Source of the DNA: Candidatus Nomurabacteria bacterium
GTDB lineage: Bacteria; Patescibacteriota; Minisyncoccia; Phycocordibacterales; UBA918
Length of the DNA: 64,000 nucleotides
Reading direction: 5' to 3'
Assembly: GCA_023898585.1 (NCBI GenBank)
Contig: CP060229.1
Coordinates: 594,149 to 658,148, forward strand
The notes below the pieces were generated by a model. That model was not told the DNA's origin and did no database searches. It saw nothing but the letters and a program-made list of their open reading frames with translations. Shown one piece after another: positions 18,890 through 29,207 of this stretch. Position 1 is the first letter of the stretch, and every line of letters begins with the position of its first letter. The translations under genes and the position numbers were made by a program.

Positions 18890-20986
18890 ATGCCAGCGAA
18901 AAAACCAGCCAAAAAAGCCGTAAAAAAGAACGGACATCATTACGACGCTTCTTCCATTTCGGTCCTTGAAGGATTGGAACCGGTTCGGAAACGCCCCGGA
19001 ATGTACATCGGCACAACCGGTCCGGACGGACTCCATCACTTAATATGGGAAGTGTTTGACAACTCGCGCGATGAAGCGATGGGTGGTTTTGCCGACAGAG
19101 TGGAAGTGGCTTTGTTGCCTGATAATTACATACGGGTGGTCGACAACGGTCGCGGTATTCCGGTTGATATACACAAACAAACCAAAGTTTCCGCCCTTGA
19201 AACCATCCTCACCACCCTTCACGCCGGCGGTAAATTTGGAGGAGAAGATTCCGGCTACAAATCATCCGGAGGCTTGCACGGAGTCGGTGTGTCGGTGGTA
19301 AATGCTCTCTCGACTCACATGATCGCTGAGGTTCATCGTGACGGTGCTTACTGTATTCAGGAATACAACATCGGTAAAGCCAAAGCTAAGGTTAAAAAAG
19401 TCGGCGCTTCCAAACTAAACGGCACCATCATTACTTTCAAAGCCGATCCCGATATTTTTAGTGTCATAGAGTATGACTATAAGCGAATTGTCAGTCGTCT
19501 TCGTCAGCAAGCGTATTTGGTCAAAGCCATGCATGTTACCGTTATCGATGCTCGTGAACTGGACGAAAAATCACAAGCAAAACTCGATCTAAAAGGTAAG
19601 CAATATTTGGCCGATGAACACCTGGAAGTGCCGTCGCAGAGTTTTTATTTTGAAGGAGGTCTCCGTTCGCTAGTTTCTTTCAGTAACAAGTACCAGAAAC
19701 CGATTCATAAAAATATTTTTTATGTTGAGAAAAATGACGCCACTCCCGAGGTGATGGCGGTCGAGGTTGCTTTACAATACGTTGATGATATTGCTCCTCG
19801 TATCACAGCTTTTGCTAACAACATCTACAATCCCGAGCAAGGTACTCACGTAACCGGTTTTAAAACGGCTCTGACTCGAACTCTTAACAATTACGCTAAG
19901 AAAAATAATTTTTTCTCAGTCAAAGATAAAGACACCGGCTTTACCGGAGATGATGTGCTTGAAGGGATTACCGCGGTGATATCGATCAAGATGGGGTCTG
20001 ACATTCAGTTTGAAGGTCAAACCAAAGCTAAGCTAGGATCGGTGGAGGCGCGTGGCGCGACAGAATCAGTCTTCAGCGAAGCTTTTAACGCTTTTCTGGA
20101 AGAGAATCCCGACGACGCCAAGGCTATTGTTAACAAGGTGATCATTGCGGTAAAAGCTCGGAAGGCAGCTAAGGCGGCTAAGGACAGCGTGCTTCGAAAG
20201 GGAGCTCTGGAAGGCATGTCTTTGCCGGGCAAGTTGGCCGACTGTCAGAGTAAGAAGGCGGAGAACTCAGAAATTTTCATAGTGGAGGGAGACTCGGCTG
20301 GTGGTTCGGCTAAAATGGGTCGTGATCGAAAGACTCAAGCAGTGTTGCCTCTTCGAGGTAAGATTCTTAATGTCGAACGGGCTCGTATCGATAAAATGCT
20401 GGCTTCGGAGCAAATCAAGAATTTGGTGATAGCACTAGGTACGGCCATTGGTGACGTTTTTGATGTTTCCAAGTTACGCTATCATAAAATAATCATTGCG
20501 ACTGATGCTGATGTTGACGGAGCACACATAAGGACTCTGTTGCTGACACTTTTCTTCCGTTACTTCAGGCCTCTTATCGATGAGGGGTATGTCTATATTG
20601 CTCAACCACCTCTCTATAAAATTCAAAAAGGCCGTGATTCGCGTTACGCATTCACCGACGAAGAAAAGTTCGCTATTCTTAAAGATATGGGCGAAGACGT
20701 CAACGAAGATGTTCCCGACGAAGAAGAAAGTGAAGAGGAAGAATCGGAAACAGTCGGTAAAAAAGGAGGCAAGGTTCGTATTCAAAGGTATAAGGGTCTC
20801 GGTGAAATGAACGCTGAAGAATTGGCTGAAACAACTATGAAAATCGAGAATCGAATTTTGAAACAAGTGTCAGTAGATGATGCGCAGGAAGCAGACAAAG
20901 TATTCGACATCCTGATGGGAACTGATGTGTCAAGCAGAAAATCATTTATTCAGAGTAACGCGAAGATGGCGACTTTGGACATTTAG
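18890..20986 (+). CDS. gyrB: Type IIA topoisomerase ATPase subunit (DNA gyrase B-like) with Lys-rich N-terminal extension
   Basis: GHKL ATPase motifs (HHLIWEVFDNSRDEA, GLHGVGVSVVNALS), TOPRIM (EGDSAGGS) and a C-terminal tail. No gyrA adjacent. Confidence 0.85.
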   Translation: MPAKKPAKKAVKKNGHHYDASSISVLEGLEPVRKRPGMYIGTTGPDGLHHLIWEVFDNSRDEAMGGFADRVEVALLPDNYIRVVDNGRGIPVDIHKQTKVSALETILTTLHAGGKFGGEDSGYKSSGGLHGVGVSVVNALSTHMIAEVHRDGAYCIQEYNIGKAKAKVKKVGASKLNGTIITFKADPDIFSVIEYDYKRIVSRLRQQAYLVKAMHVTVIDARELDEKSQAKLDLKGKQYLADEHLEVPSQSFYFEGGLRSLVSFSNKYQKPIHKNIFYVEKNDATPEVMAVEVALQYVDDIAPRITAFANNIYNPEQGTHVTGFKTALTRTLNNYAKKNNFFSVKDKDTGFTGDDVLEGITAVISIKMGSDIQFEGQTKAKLGSVEARGATESVFSEAFNAFLEENPDDAKAIVNKVIIAVKARKAAKAAKDSVLRKGALEGMSLPGKLADCQSKKAENSEIFIVEGDSAGGSAKMGRDRKTQAVLPLRGKILNVERARIDKMLASEQIKNLVIALGTAIGDVFDVSKLRYHKIIIATDADVDGAHIRTLLLTLFFRYFRPLIDEGYVYIAQPPLYKIQKGRDSRYAFTDEEKFAILKDMGEDVNEDVPDEEESEEEESETVGKKGGKVRIQRYKGLGEMNAEELAETTMKIENRILKQVSVDDAQEADKVFDILMGTDVSSRKSFIQSNAKMATLDI

Positions 20987-20991
20987 AACCT

Positions 20992-21228
20992 ATGGTGAAA
21001 ATAATTTCCGTAGCTCTTATTGTGTTGATTTTTGTGTTGGGAGCGTATTATTTTTTGATGCAAAATCGACAACCAACCAAGCAAGAAATATGTGCGAGTT
21101 ACGATGGGGGACTCCGTGGAGGATCGTGCCTTGAAGGTGCGCCTGATTACTGTCGAGTGGTAATTTATCGGGCTGGTTCGGATTCGGGAATGCAGGATGG
21201 AGGAAGTTGCGGATATGCTGAACAGTAA
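20992..21228 (+). CDS. Small membrane/secreted protein (78 aa), Gly/Cys-containing
   Basis: N-terminal TM helix. Followed by a bidirectional terminator (AACTGCCT...AGGCAGTT). Confidence 0.35.
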   Translation: MVKIISVALIVLIFVLGAYYFLMQNRQPTKQEICASYDGGLRGGSCLEGAPDYCRVVIYRAGSDSGMQDGGSCGYAEQ

Positions 21229-21283
21229 AGAAAACTGCCTAGCAACGAAGTGCCAGGCAGTTTTACTGAGTTTAAGTCAATGG

Positions 21284-22348
21284 TTACTTAATGAACGATG
21301 CTGTTTTTACGAATCTGTCATTCAGTGAGTTTCTGTCAGTTGCTTCATCTATCGTCACTACGAATTCATGGATCGGATCTTTGTTGGTAGAGAAACCAAC
21401 AGCCAGCACTGCCCGCTCATTTGGTTTTAGTGGTTTTTGTTTTTCCGAGGAATAGGTACTACCATCAGGCAAGGTCACTTTAAAGTCCCACTCCTTTGAA
21501 GTTTTCGAACCGAGATTTATGACTTCAAACTGAATGGCACCGTTACTGTTTTGCTTTATTGGTCCAGTGTAAAAAGCACCACTTTTAATTGTTCCCAAAT
21601 TTAAGAATTTTGTCGATAAGTCGGTACGACCATTGGGGTCCGAGACAGGGATAGTATAGATGAATTTTTGCTCATAAGTCGGTTTGGACGGCTTTGTAGC
21701 GACAGTAGCAACTGTGTCAGTTGTGGTTTCTGTATCGGTCTCTTCCTCGGTTTCGAATTCCGTCTTTGTCGATGCGTCACCGTTGTCATCGGTTGCGAAA
21801 ACACTTTTCCTCTCGCTGTTAACAACGGTGATTGAGGCAGAGCCACTGTTTCGTGGCGTGGTGTCGTTGGTAGCCAGAAATGACACAGTATATTCGACGT
21901 CGGAATAACGGTCCTTCTCTGAGTCTATTGTCAGAGTAAGAGAATTCACATCACCAACATTGTAGTTTGTGTCGCAGGCAATGTTACGGATGCCTTCGAT
22001 ATTGGTTATATCGACAGCGACTCCCTCGCGACACTTATAAGAGAAGGTGAAACTGCCTTGTGTCTCTGTTTTGCCCCATGAAATATTTACGCTATCACCA
22101 GCGCTAATCAGGGTGTTGTCGCTACTTACCAACAATGGATTCTCGGTAGCGTCGCTAGTGTCATTCGTATTCAACCTTTGACCTTGATTTATTCCCTCGG
22201 CTAAGGAAGCAAGGGACGAAAAAGCGCCGGGCAAGACGTTTACCAACTGTATTGAAAGCCAAGCTATTAAAACGATAATACCGATAAAACCGGCGACTGC
22301 CAGAGATTTGAGAACCGAATCTTTTTTGTTTTGTGTAGCATCATTCAT
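21284..22348 (-). CDS. Membrane-anchored extracellular protein with T/E-rich linker (354 aa)
   Basis: N-terminal TM anchor, Thr/Glu/Asp low-complexity linker and beta-rich segments. No catalytic motif. Confidence 0.5.
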   Translation of the reverse strand: MNDATQNKKDSVLKSLAVAGFIGIIVLIAWLSIQLVNVLPGAFSSLASLAEGINQGQRLNTNDTSDATENPLLVSSDNTLISAGDSVNISWGKTETQGSFTFSYKCREGVAVDITNIEGIRNIACDTNYNVGDVNSLTLTIDSEKDRYSDVEYTVSFLATNDTTPRNSGSASITVVNSERKSVFATDDNGDASTKTEFETEEETDTETTTDTVATVATKPSKPTYEQKFIYTIPVSDPNGRTDLSTKFLNLGTIKSGAFYTGPIKQNSNGAIQFEVINLGSKTSKEWDFKVTLPDGSTYSSEKQKPLKPNERAVLAVGFSTNKDPIHEFVVTIDEATDRNSLNDRFVKTASFIK

Positions 22349-22488
22349 AATGCGCGAAAACTACCACTGTCATGGCGAATTGTCAATGTACAAAAGCTGA
22401 TTATTTACGTACTCTGAATATTGGTTATTTGATTGCAGGGGGCAGGGTCACCGATCCGACATATGTGCTTAGACATTACCTTGCTTCA

Positions 22489-22516
22489 TTGACTTTTGGT
22501 GAAGTAATGCTATAAT
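22489..22516 (+). promoter_or_regulatory. Strong sigma70-like promoter (TTGACT-16-TATAAT) upstream of sortase
   Basis: Consensus hexamers read directly. Confidence 0.55.
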
Positions 22517-22543
22517 TTTAACATTGATTTTAATGATTGAGTC

Positions 22544-23272
22544 ATGAACACCATTTTCGAAAAGATATGGGAGAAAAAGTTTGTGTTTTTGGGCACGTTT
22601 TTTCTGGTGTTCACTTTGTCATACATTGTCCTTCTGGCCGTTGATTTCTTACCCGAGCCGGTAACTAAAACAGAAGAATCAAAATCAGGGACCGACCAAG
22701 AGTCCTCCAAAGAATCTGCATCCGAATTGGATACTGAAGATGTTGAAGCGGTTGATGTATCGGGTGATGACATCTCCGCTCTTGAGATTGAATCAACGTC
22801 AACAGAGGATTTAGCAGTCAACGATAGTGAAGCGGTGAAACCAATCAGGATCGCGATCGCTAAAATTGACAAGGACATAGCTGTTCTTAATCCCACTTCT
22901 CGCACCATAGCCGACTTGGACGAGGCGCTACTTGGTGGTGTCGTAAGACATCCCGACTCAGCCACTTTGGCCCAAGAAGGTAACGTTTTTATTCTCGGCC
23001 ACTCCAGTTATCTGCCTAAAGTCTTCAATAAAAATTTTCAAGCATTTAATGGTATTCAAAATCTTGAATGGGGAGATGTGATTGAGGTTTATTCTGAGGA
23101 TTCTGTATACAAATACCAAGTGGTAAAAGTTTACCGAGCCAAGGCCAATGATGTGACAGTTCCTATCGCCGGGACAGGTAAAATGCTTACCTTGGCAACC
23201 TGCAACAGCTTTGGTAGTACCGACGATCGGTATATAGTGGAAGCAAAACAGATAGAGGTGGAAACCATCTAG
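22544..23272 (+). CDS. Sortase-family cysteine transpeptidase
   Basis: N-terminal TM anchor, acidic linker, His motif (FILGHSS) and catalytic TLATC (TLxTC) followed by Arg. Confidence 0.8.
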   Translation: MNTIFEKIWEKKFVFLGTFFLVFTLSYIVLLAVDFLPEPVTKTEESKSGTDQESSKESASELDTEDVEAVDVSGDDISALEIESTSTEDLAVNDSEAVKPIRIAIAKIDKDIAVLNPTSRTIADLDEALLGGVVRHPDSATLAQEGNVFILGHSSYLPKVFNKNFQAFNGIQNLEWGDVIEVYSEDSVYKYQVVKVYRAKANDVTVPIAGTGKMLTLATCNSFGSTDDRYIVEAKQIEVETI

Positions 23273-23435
23273 CAACTTGACAAAAGGTGAATTTACGGTA
23301 CATTATTAAATAATAGTGTTCTCCCGGTTGTACGGTTTATTTATTTAGTTCGTTTTCCTTGACGCATGTTTCTTTGTTGTTTCGTAAGCTTTGTTACTCT
23401 TGTGTATATATGGTGTAGGCAGGAGTATTAATTTT

Positions 23436-26400
23436 ATGAATAACCAAGATACTCGCATTATGAAAAAATATTCAAAGACCATTGCCAGTGTGATGGTGGT
23501 TTTTGCTATGACACTGTCAGCTGTGGCAAACCCATTTCTAACTGTGGCGGCATTCGATCAGTTTGATTCCCAATTTGGTTTTGACAATTCCTTTAATTTT
23601 GACAAGGACTTCGAATTTTCAAATTCTCAAGGATCGTCGAATGGAAACACTTTCGAATCCACCACTCCCGGTCAGGTGATAACCTCATCATCAGAGACAT
23701 TCACCGAATGTGTTCTCGAAGCTAGTCACGATGTTGTGACGGTGGGAGACAATATTACTCTCAACTGGCGAACCAGTGGTTTTGACAGTATCACTATCAA
23801 CGGCCAGTCTGTTTCTGGTAACAGTGGTTCTAAAGTCATTACCAATTTGCGTGAAAACTCCACTTTTACACTGCAGGCCTTGAGCAACAGTGGTTCAAGT
23901 TGTTTTCAGCAAGTACAAGTTACTTGTCTTCCTCCGGAAGAGCCGAAGGAATGTAAGCTTGAGATTGAGAAGACGGTAAACACGACTACCGCCGTACCGG
24001 GCGATAATCTTACCTATACAATCACGGTAAAAAATACCGGTGACGCCGACTGTACCGGAGGAGGGGTAAAGATCGAAGATGTAGTTGATAATAACCTGAG
24101 TTATTTGAGCCACCAATTAAGCGGTAATTTCAGTGCCGGTTACGGAGGTGATCCTGTCTACACCACCAACAATCGCACTCTGCATTTTAATGGCAATGTT
24201 CTAAATCCCGGTGAATCAGGAACTATTACTTGGATCGGTAAAGTAAACGCCCCCACTCAATGTGGAGACTTCCAGGTGAAGAATCAAGCCAAGGCTTCTG
24301 CCAAGGAACTAAATAATTTTCAGAGTTGGGTATACAGTCAAACTGTAAAAACTGACATTGATAATGATTGTCCGGAACCGGACGGGTGTGTGCTTGATGT
24401 CGATAAGACGGTAAACAAAACCACCGCTGTACCAGGTGATAACCTCACTTACACCATCACGGTAAAAAATACCGGTGACACCGATTGTACCGGGAGTGGT
24501 GTTTTGATTGAGGATGTGGTTGATCCGAACATCAGTTACCTGAGTCATAGTTTGAGCAATGATTTCCTCGCCGGATATCTTAATATTCCTGTCTACACCA
24601 CCAACAATCGCACTCTGCATTTTAATGGCAACATCTTGACTCCCGGTGAATCAGGAACCATTTCTTGGGTCGGTAAAGTCAGCGCTCCTAATCAGTGTGG
24701 TGATTTTGAAGTTACAAACCAAGCCAAAGCAACGGCTGTTGAGTTGGATAATTTTCAGACTTGGGCATATAGCCAGGTTGTAAAAACTGTTGTCGATAAT
24801 GACTGTGTGGTTGAGGATGAATTCGCCACAGTGGTTGCTCATAAAATTGTTTGTTCAAACGAGGCTGAATTGCCGAATTACGGTAACGATGGTCCGAACA
24901 TTACATCCAACACCGCTACCGATTGGGTTGCTACTCACAACAGTTGTTCACTGGTTTCCGGATGGGAATTCGAATGGACCGACAACCAAATCAACGACCC
25001 CGGCGACACACTGATCGGCCGGGCCGGTTCACCTTGGAACACTTTTGGTCCAACTGATGGAAACGGAAAAACTTCAACCGTGATCAATCTAACCAATTTG
25101 ACAAACGACCAAGTTTGGTTCAGGGAAGTGTTGCAAAATGGATATATTCCATTTACTCATGGAGCAAACGCCGGAACGAATATTGATAATGTTTCAGCTG
25201 AATTCTATTGTGGCAGTGACGTTATTAACTATGACAATCGAGATTATATACAAGGAATGCAAGATGATGGTGTCTATTATTGTGTAGCTTGGAATTCTCC
25301 GATACCAGAGGTACCCGCTCCAACCTGTGATTTGTTCACAGCCAATCCAACGGCCATAACCGCAGGCGACAGTTCGACTCTAACTTGGGAGACATCGCAT
25401 GCTAGTCAAGTCTTCTTGAATAATGGCATCGGAGAGGTGGCACACGACGGCTCTATAGCTGTTTCTCCTCTAGCCGATATTGTCTACAAACTTACTGTTA
25501 TTGGAGAGGAAGACAAGCGAGTTGAATGTGAAGTTCCTATTAATGTCTCTCTCGATTCGGTACCGGTTTGTGAATTGTTCACCGCGACTCCCAATTCACT
25601 TCCGTACGGAGGAGGAAGTGTGGCCTTGAATTGGAAAGTTTCTAATGCTTCCCAAGTGTCCATCTCTCCTTTGGTCGGTTCTGTTGAATTGATCGGCACA
25701 CGAAATGTAAATGTAGCGGAAGGTACCACTTTCATTTTAACTGCGACTGATGACAATGGAGACAAGGTGACTTGCCCGGCTCCGGTTGCTGTGGCTGATC
25801 CGGAACCAGATCCTATCACATGTCAAAACAACGTCTCTTTCTCTGCTTCTGACACGTCCATCAGACGAGGTGGTTCATCCACTCTTACTTGGAGCACGAC
25901 CGATATCGACTCAGTGTCTATAAGTGGTATAAACGAAACTTCGTTGTCAGGAAGTAAAAAAGTTTCACCCTCAAATGATATCACTTACACTTTAACCGCA
26001 ACAAAAGGGAATAATTCAATAAACTGTCCGGTTTCGATTGATGTTTCGAGTGGTGGTGGCGGTGGAGGAAGTGTGTCACCAAGTTGTGAGTTGGATATTT
26101 CTGATACCAAAATTAAAGCTGGTGAGAAAATCACTTTGGAGTGGGACACATCAAGAGCGACCGAAGTAACACTGACAGACGACAAAGGTAAGGTTCTGTT
26201 TACAACGGATGATTACCTAGCTAAGGATAAAGTTGATTATTACGATGGCTCGATCACCCTGAAGCCAACCCGAGACACCGAATATACACTGTTGGCGGAA
26301 CGAGGTTCAAGAGACGAAGAGTGTAAAGTAAAAGTTAAAGTCGAGGATGACGTGGTTGTTTTACAAACTAGAGACCAGCAACCATTGGTAGCCGGCATCT

Positions 26401-27341
26401 CTCTAAGTCAAGTGCCATACACCGGATTTGAAGCAGGTCCGATCATGACCGCTATGTTCTACATTCTTTTGATTGCTTGGGCAGTGTACGTCAGTTACCT
26501 GTTGGTGATACGAAGACAGGTGTCTTCAGTTGGTGGGGGAGGAGGTGAAGTGTTTTCCGTTAAAGAAGAAAAAAAAGCATCAATGCGACAGAAGGAGGAG
26601 TCAGTACGACCCGACGTATTTGTAGCTTCTGTTACGACAAGTCCCGCTCCGTCTGATGTCACCCCGGCTAATTTACCAACCGGTATGCCTGTTATCGGCT
26701 ATGAAAATCACATTGAAGATGAGGGTGATGGTGAGACTGACGAGACAAACCCGCATCAAGTTGATGACGCTTTTGTCACCGCTTTGGAGAATCGCGCTCA
26801 CAGTCAAAAAGCACTTTTGTCCAGCGATGCTGTACGGTACTTTATTGGAACAACTACAAATGAGGCGGAACGTAATGAAATACTTGATGTTGTTATCAAA
26901 GAAGCAAAAAACAATTATCCGCTTGAGGACGGTTGGATTGTGATAAATGAATCAAGAATGCGAAACCTTTGTGAAGTTTGTAAAAACAATAAGCAATCAT
27001 CGGAATTCTCATCGTTTATCCCTGCTGTTGTGCCGGAAGGCACTGGCTCTCTTGCGGAAGCAATTGTAACCGGTAACGTGGTCGCCGCTTACCAAATGAT
27101 CGGCAATCGACCAATGTTTGCTTTGGCTGATGCTTCGGCCGATCTTGACGCTCTGTATCGACAGAGGAAAGGAGGCAAAGAGCAAGTCTCAAATCTCTTG
27201 AAAAAGGAGTCAGAGAAATTGTCTGATGAAAAAATAAAAAATATGATTTCAGCTTTGACCGGGGCGTTAGATGGTGTATATACCGATGAAGCGTCTGCGG
27301 TAAAGATGGCGATCATGAAAGCAGTTAAGGAAGTATCGTAA
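23436..27341 (+). CDS. Giant (about 1300 aa) secreted surface protein with two DUF11-type repeat domains, Ig-like repeats, a VPYTG sorting-like signal, TM helix and an unusually long (about 280 aa) C-terminal domain
   Basis: ATG 13 nt after AGGAG. Signal peptide KKYSKTIASVMVVFAMTLSAVA. Two copies of KTVNxTTAVPGDNLTYTITVKNTGD[AT]DCTG..EDVVD..SYLSH (DUF11-like). QVPYTG followed by the hydrophobic segment IMTAMFYILLIAWAVYVSYLLV and RRQ. The ORF then continues to 27341. Confidence 0.7.
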   Translation: MNNQDTRIMKKYSKTIASVMVVFAMTLSAVANPFLTVAAFDQFDSQFGFDNSFNFDKDFEFSNSQGSSNGNTFESTTPGQVITSSSETFTECVLEASHDVVTVGDNITLNWRTSGFDSITINGQSVSGNSGSKVITNLRENSTFTLQALSNSGSSCFQQVQVTCLPPEEPKECKLEIEKTVNTTTAVPGDNLTYTITVKNTGDADCTGGGVKIEDVVDNNLSYLSHQLSGNFSAGYGGDPVYTTNNRTLHFNGNVLNPGESGTITWIGKVNAPTQCGDFQVKNQAKASAKELNNFQSWVYSQTVKTDIDNDCPEPDGCVLDVDKTVNKTTAVPGDNLTYTITVKNTGDTDCTGSGVLIEDVVDPNISYLSHSLSNDFLAGYLNIPVYTTNNRTLHFNGNILTPGESGTISWVGKVSAPNQCGDFEVTNQAKATAVELDNFQTWAYSQVVKTVVDNDCVVEDEFATVVAHKIVCSNEAELPNYGNDGPNITSNTATDWVATHNSCSLVSGWEFEWTDNQINDPGDTLIGRAGSPWNTFGPTDGNGKTSTVINLTNLTNDQVWFREVLQNGYIPFTHGANAGTNIDNVSAEFYCGSDVINYDNRDYIQGMQDDGVYYCVAWNSPIPEVPAPTCDLFTANPTAITAGDSSTLTWETSHASQVFLNNGIGEVAHDGSIAVSPLADIVYKLTVIGEEDKRVECEVPINVSLDSVPVCELFTATPNSLPYGGGSVALNWKVSNASQVSISPLVGSVELIGTRNVNVAEGTTFILTATDDNGDKVTCPAPVAVADPEPDPITCQNNVSFSASDTSIRRGGSSTLTWSTTDIDSVSISGINETSLSGSKKVSPSNDITYTLTATKGNNSINCPVSIDVSSGGGGGGSVSPSCELDISDTKIKAGEKITLEWDTSRATEVTLTDDKGKVLFTTDDYLAKDKVDYYDGSITLKPTRDTEYTLLAERGSRDEECKVKVKVEDDVVVLQTRDQQPLVAGISLSQVPYTGFEAGPIMTAMFYILLIAWAVYVSYLLVIRRQVSSVGGGGGEVFSVKEEKKASMRQKEESVRPDVFVASVTTSPAPSDVTPANLPTGMPVIGYENHIEDEGDGETDETNPHQVDDAFVTALENRAHSQKALLSSDAVRYFIGTTTNEAERNEILDVVIKEAKNNYPLEDGWIVINESRMRNLCEVCKNNKQSSEFSSFIPAVVPEGTGSLAEAIVTGNVVAAYQMIGNRPMFALADASADLDALYRQRKGGKEQVSNLLKKESEKLSDEKIKNMISALTGALDGVYTDEASAVKMAIMKAVKEVS

Positions 27342-27375
27342 TCAAACTAAGGGTTACCCTTCGTAGCCAAAAAAC

Positions 27376-27415
27376 AAAAGAGGCGCGCCCTTGGGTGCGC
27401 CTCTTTTGTTTTTTG
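27376..27415. terminator. Bidirectional terminator between the surface-protein gene and thrS
   Basis: AAGAGGCGC-gcccttgggt-GCGCCTCTT with A-run and T-run flanks. Confidence 0.7.
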
Positions 27416-27455
27416 CGTATTTTGTAGCATCGTAACACCCGAAAAACGACACAAA

Positions 27456-29207
27456 TTACACGTCCGCTTCCGGGTTCAGTTTTTCGATAAGTTCTTCCAC
27501 TTTGTAACTTTTCGACTCCATCGTATCTCGTGACTCAAGTGTAACAGTTTTGTCCTCCTTCTCCTTATCTCCCACCACTATGAAATAAGGCAGTCTCATC
27601 TTTTTGGCATTGCGTATTTTTTTACCCATACTTTCGTTAGAGGTGTCTATTTCCGTCCTGAAACCGGCTTCAAGTAGCTGTTGGTAAATTTCCATGGCGT
27701 ACTCGTTATGTGTATCAGCAACCGGAATAACGGCAATTTGTGTCGGACAGAGCCAGAGTGGAAAATTGCCCGCGAAGTGTTCAATAATGATTGACATAAA
27801 TCGTTCCAGAGAACCGGCAATGGCGCGGTGTATCATAACCGGACGTTCCTTCTTTCCCGTATTGTCTGTGTACTCGAGCCCAAAGCGCTCTGGCATAACA
27901 AAGTCAAGCTGAGCTGTTGCTAATTGCCACTCGCGACCGATGGCGTCCTTAAACATAAAATCCAGTTTGGGTCCGTAAAAGGCAGCCTCTCCCTCAACTC
28001 GTTTGTAGGGCAGGTTTAGTCTTGTGGCTACATTTTCCAGCATACTTTCAGCTTTAACCCAGTTTTCCGGATCGCCAAGATACTTTTCCGGTTCGGCTGG
28101 ATTGCTGACTGAGAGCGATACCCAGAATTTATTTTTCTCATACATGCCGAGTGCGGTGTAGAATTTCTCAATCACTTTTACGATGTTTTCAACCTCTTGG
28201 TCTATTTGTTCGACAGTGCAAAAGACGTGCCCATCGTCTTGAGTGATACTGCGCACTCGGCCGAGTCCAAGCAGTTCACCTGCTTGTTCATCGCGATAGA
28301 CCATCGTCGATTCGGCATAACGAATCGGCAGTTCTTTATAAGAACGAAGTTTGCTGTCAAAGATTTGCGTATGATGCGGGCAGTTCATCGGCTTCATAAC
28401 AAACTCTGCGTCAGTCTTGCCTTTGACATGAAATAGCTCATCTTTAAATTTTTCCCAGTGACCGGATGTCTTGTATAAGTCACTTTTAGTGATGTGTGGG
28501 ATAACAACTTTCGTGTAGCCAAACTTTAATTGTATAGACATTATTTTGTCTACTATCAAATCACGCATTAAAGTTCCGTTGGGAGTAAAAAGCGGAAGGC
28601 CGGGACCAACCAGTTCCGAGAAAGTGAACAGATCCAATTCTTTTCCTAGCTTTCGATGATCGCGTGCCTTAGCTTCTTCAATTTGTGTTTCGTACTCGCC
28701 CAACTCTTCTTTGGTGTTAAAAGCGATTCCGTAGATACGGGTAAGCATTTTATTTTTTTCATCACCACGCCAGTAGGCACCGGCGATTTTGTCGAGCTTG
28801 AAGGCATCAGGATTGATTTCTGCTTTAGGGTTCTCCGAGTGGCCACCTCGGCAAAGATCGGTAAAACCGCCACAGGTGTACAAGGTAATTTTCTCTCCCT
28901 TATCTTCAATTTCGTCGATCAGTTCGAGTTTGAATTGGTTGCAGGCGAACATTTCGCGCGCTTTGTCTACCGAAACTTCCTCGTGGGTAAATCCATCCCA
29001 TTTATTCAAAAGTTTTTTCATCAACTTCTGTATTTGTTTCAAGTCCGCATCTCCTGGCGCTTCTCCATCGCCAAAGTCGATATCGTAGTAGAAGCCAGTG
29101 TCGATAGCAGGGCCGAGAGTTAGTTTGGCGTGAGGGTATTTTTCTAACACTGCTGCTGCCAATAGGTGGGCGAGAGTGTGTCGTTTAAATTCTAGTTGTC
29201 GATTCAT
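27456..29207 (-). CDS. thrS: Threonine--tRNA ligase (583 aa, N-terminally reduced)
   Basis: Class II core motifs (FRDE.., GLGRVRS, HRAIAGSLERF) and C-terminal anticodon-binding domain. Confidence 0.9.
   Translation of the reverse strand: MNRQLEFKRHTLAHLLAAAVLEKYPHAKLTLGPAIDTGFYYDIDFGDGEAPGDADLKQIQKLMKKLLNKWDGFTHEEVSVDKAREMFACNQFKLELIDEIEDKGEKITLYTCGGFTDLCRGGHSENPKAEINPDAFKLDKIAGAYWRGDEKNKMLTRIYGIAFNTKEELGEYETQIEEAKARDHRKLGKELDLFTFSELVGPGLPLFTPNGTLMRDLIVDKIMSIQLKFGYTKVVIPHITKSDLYKTSGHWEKFKDELFHVKGKTDAEFVMKPMNCPHHTQIFDSKLRSYKELPIRYAESTMVYRDEQAGELLGLGRVRSITQDDGHVFCTVEQIDQEVENIVKVIEKFYTALGMYEKNKFWVSLSVSNPAEPEKYLGDPENWVKAESMLENVATRLNLPYKRVEGEAAFYGPKLDFMFKDAIGREWQLATAQLDFVMPERFGLEYTDNTGKKERPVMIHRAIAGSLERFMSIIIEHFAGNFPLWLCPTQIAVIPVADTHNEYAMEIYQQLLEAGFRTEIDTSNESMGKKIRNAKKMRLPYFIVVGDKEKEDKTVTLESRDTMESKSYKVEELIEKLNPEADV

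Noticed and set aside
26670-26700. Second sorting motif NLPTGM in the C-terminal domain of the giant protein
   Set aside because: Lacks the x position of LPxTG and is not followed by a hydrophobic segment plus charged tail.
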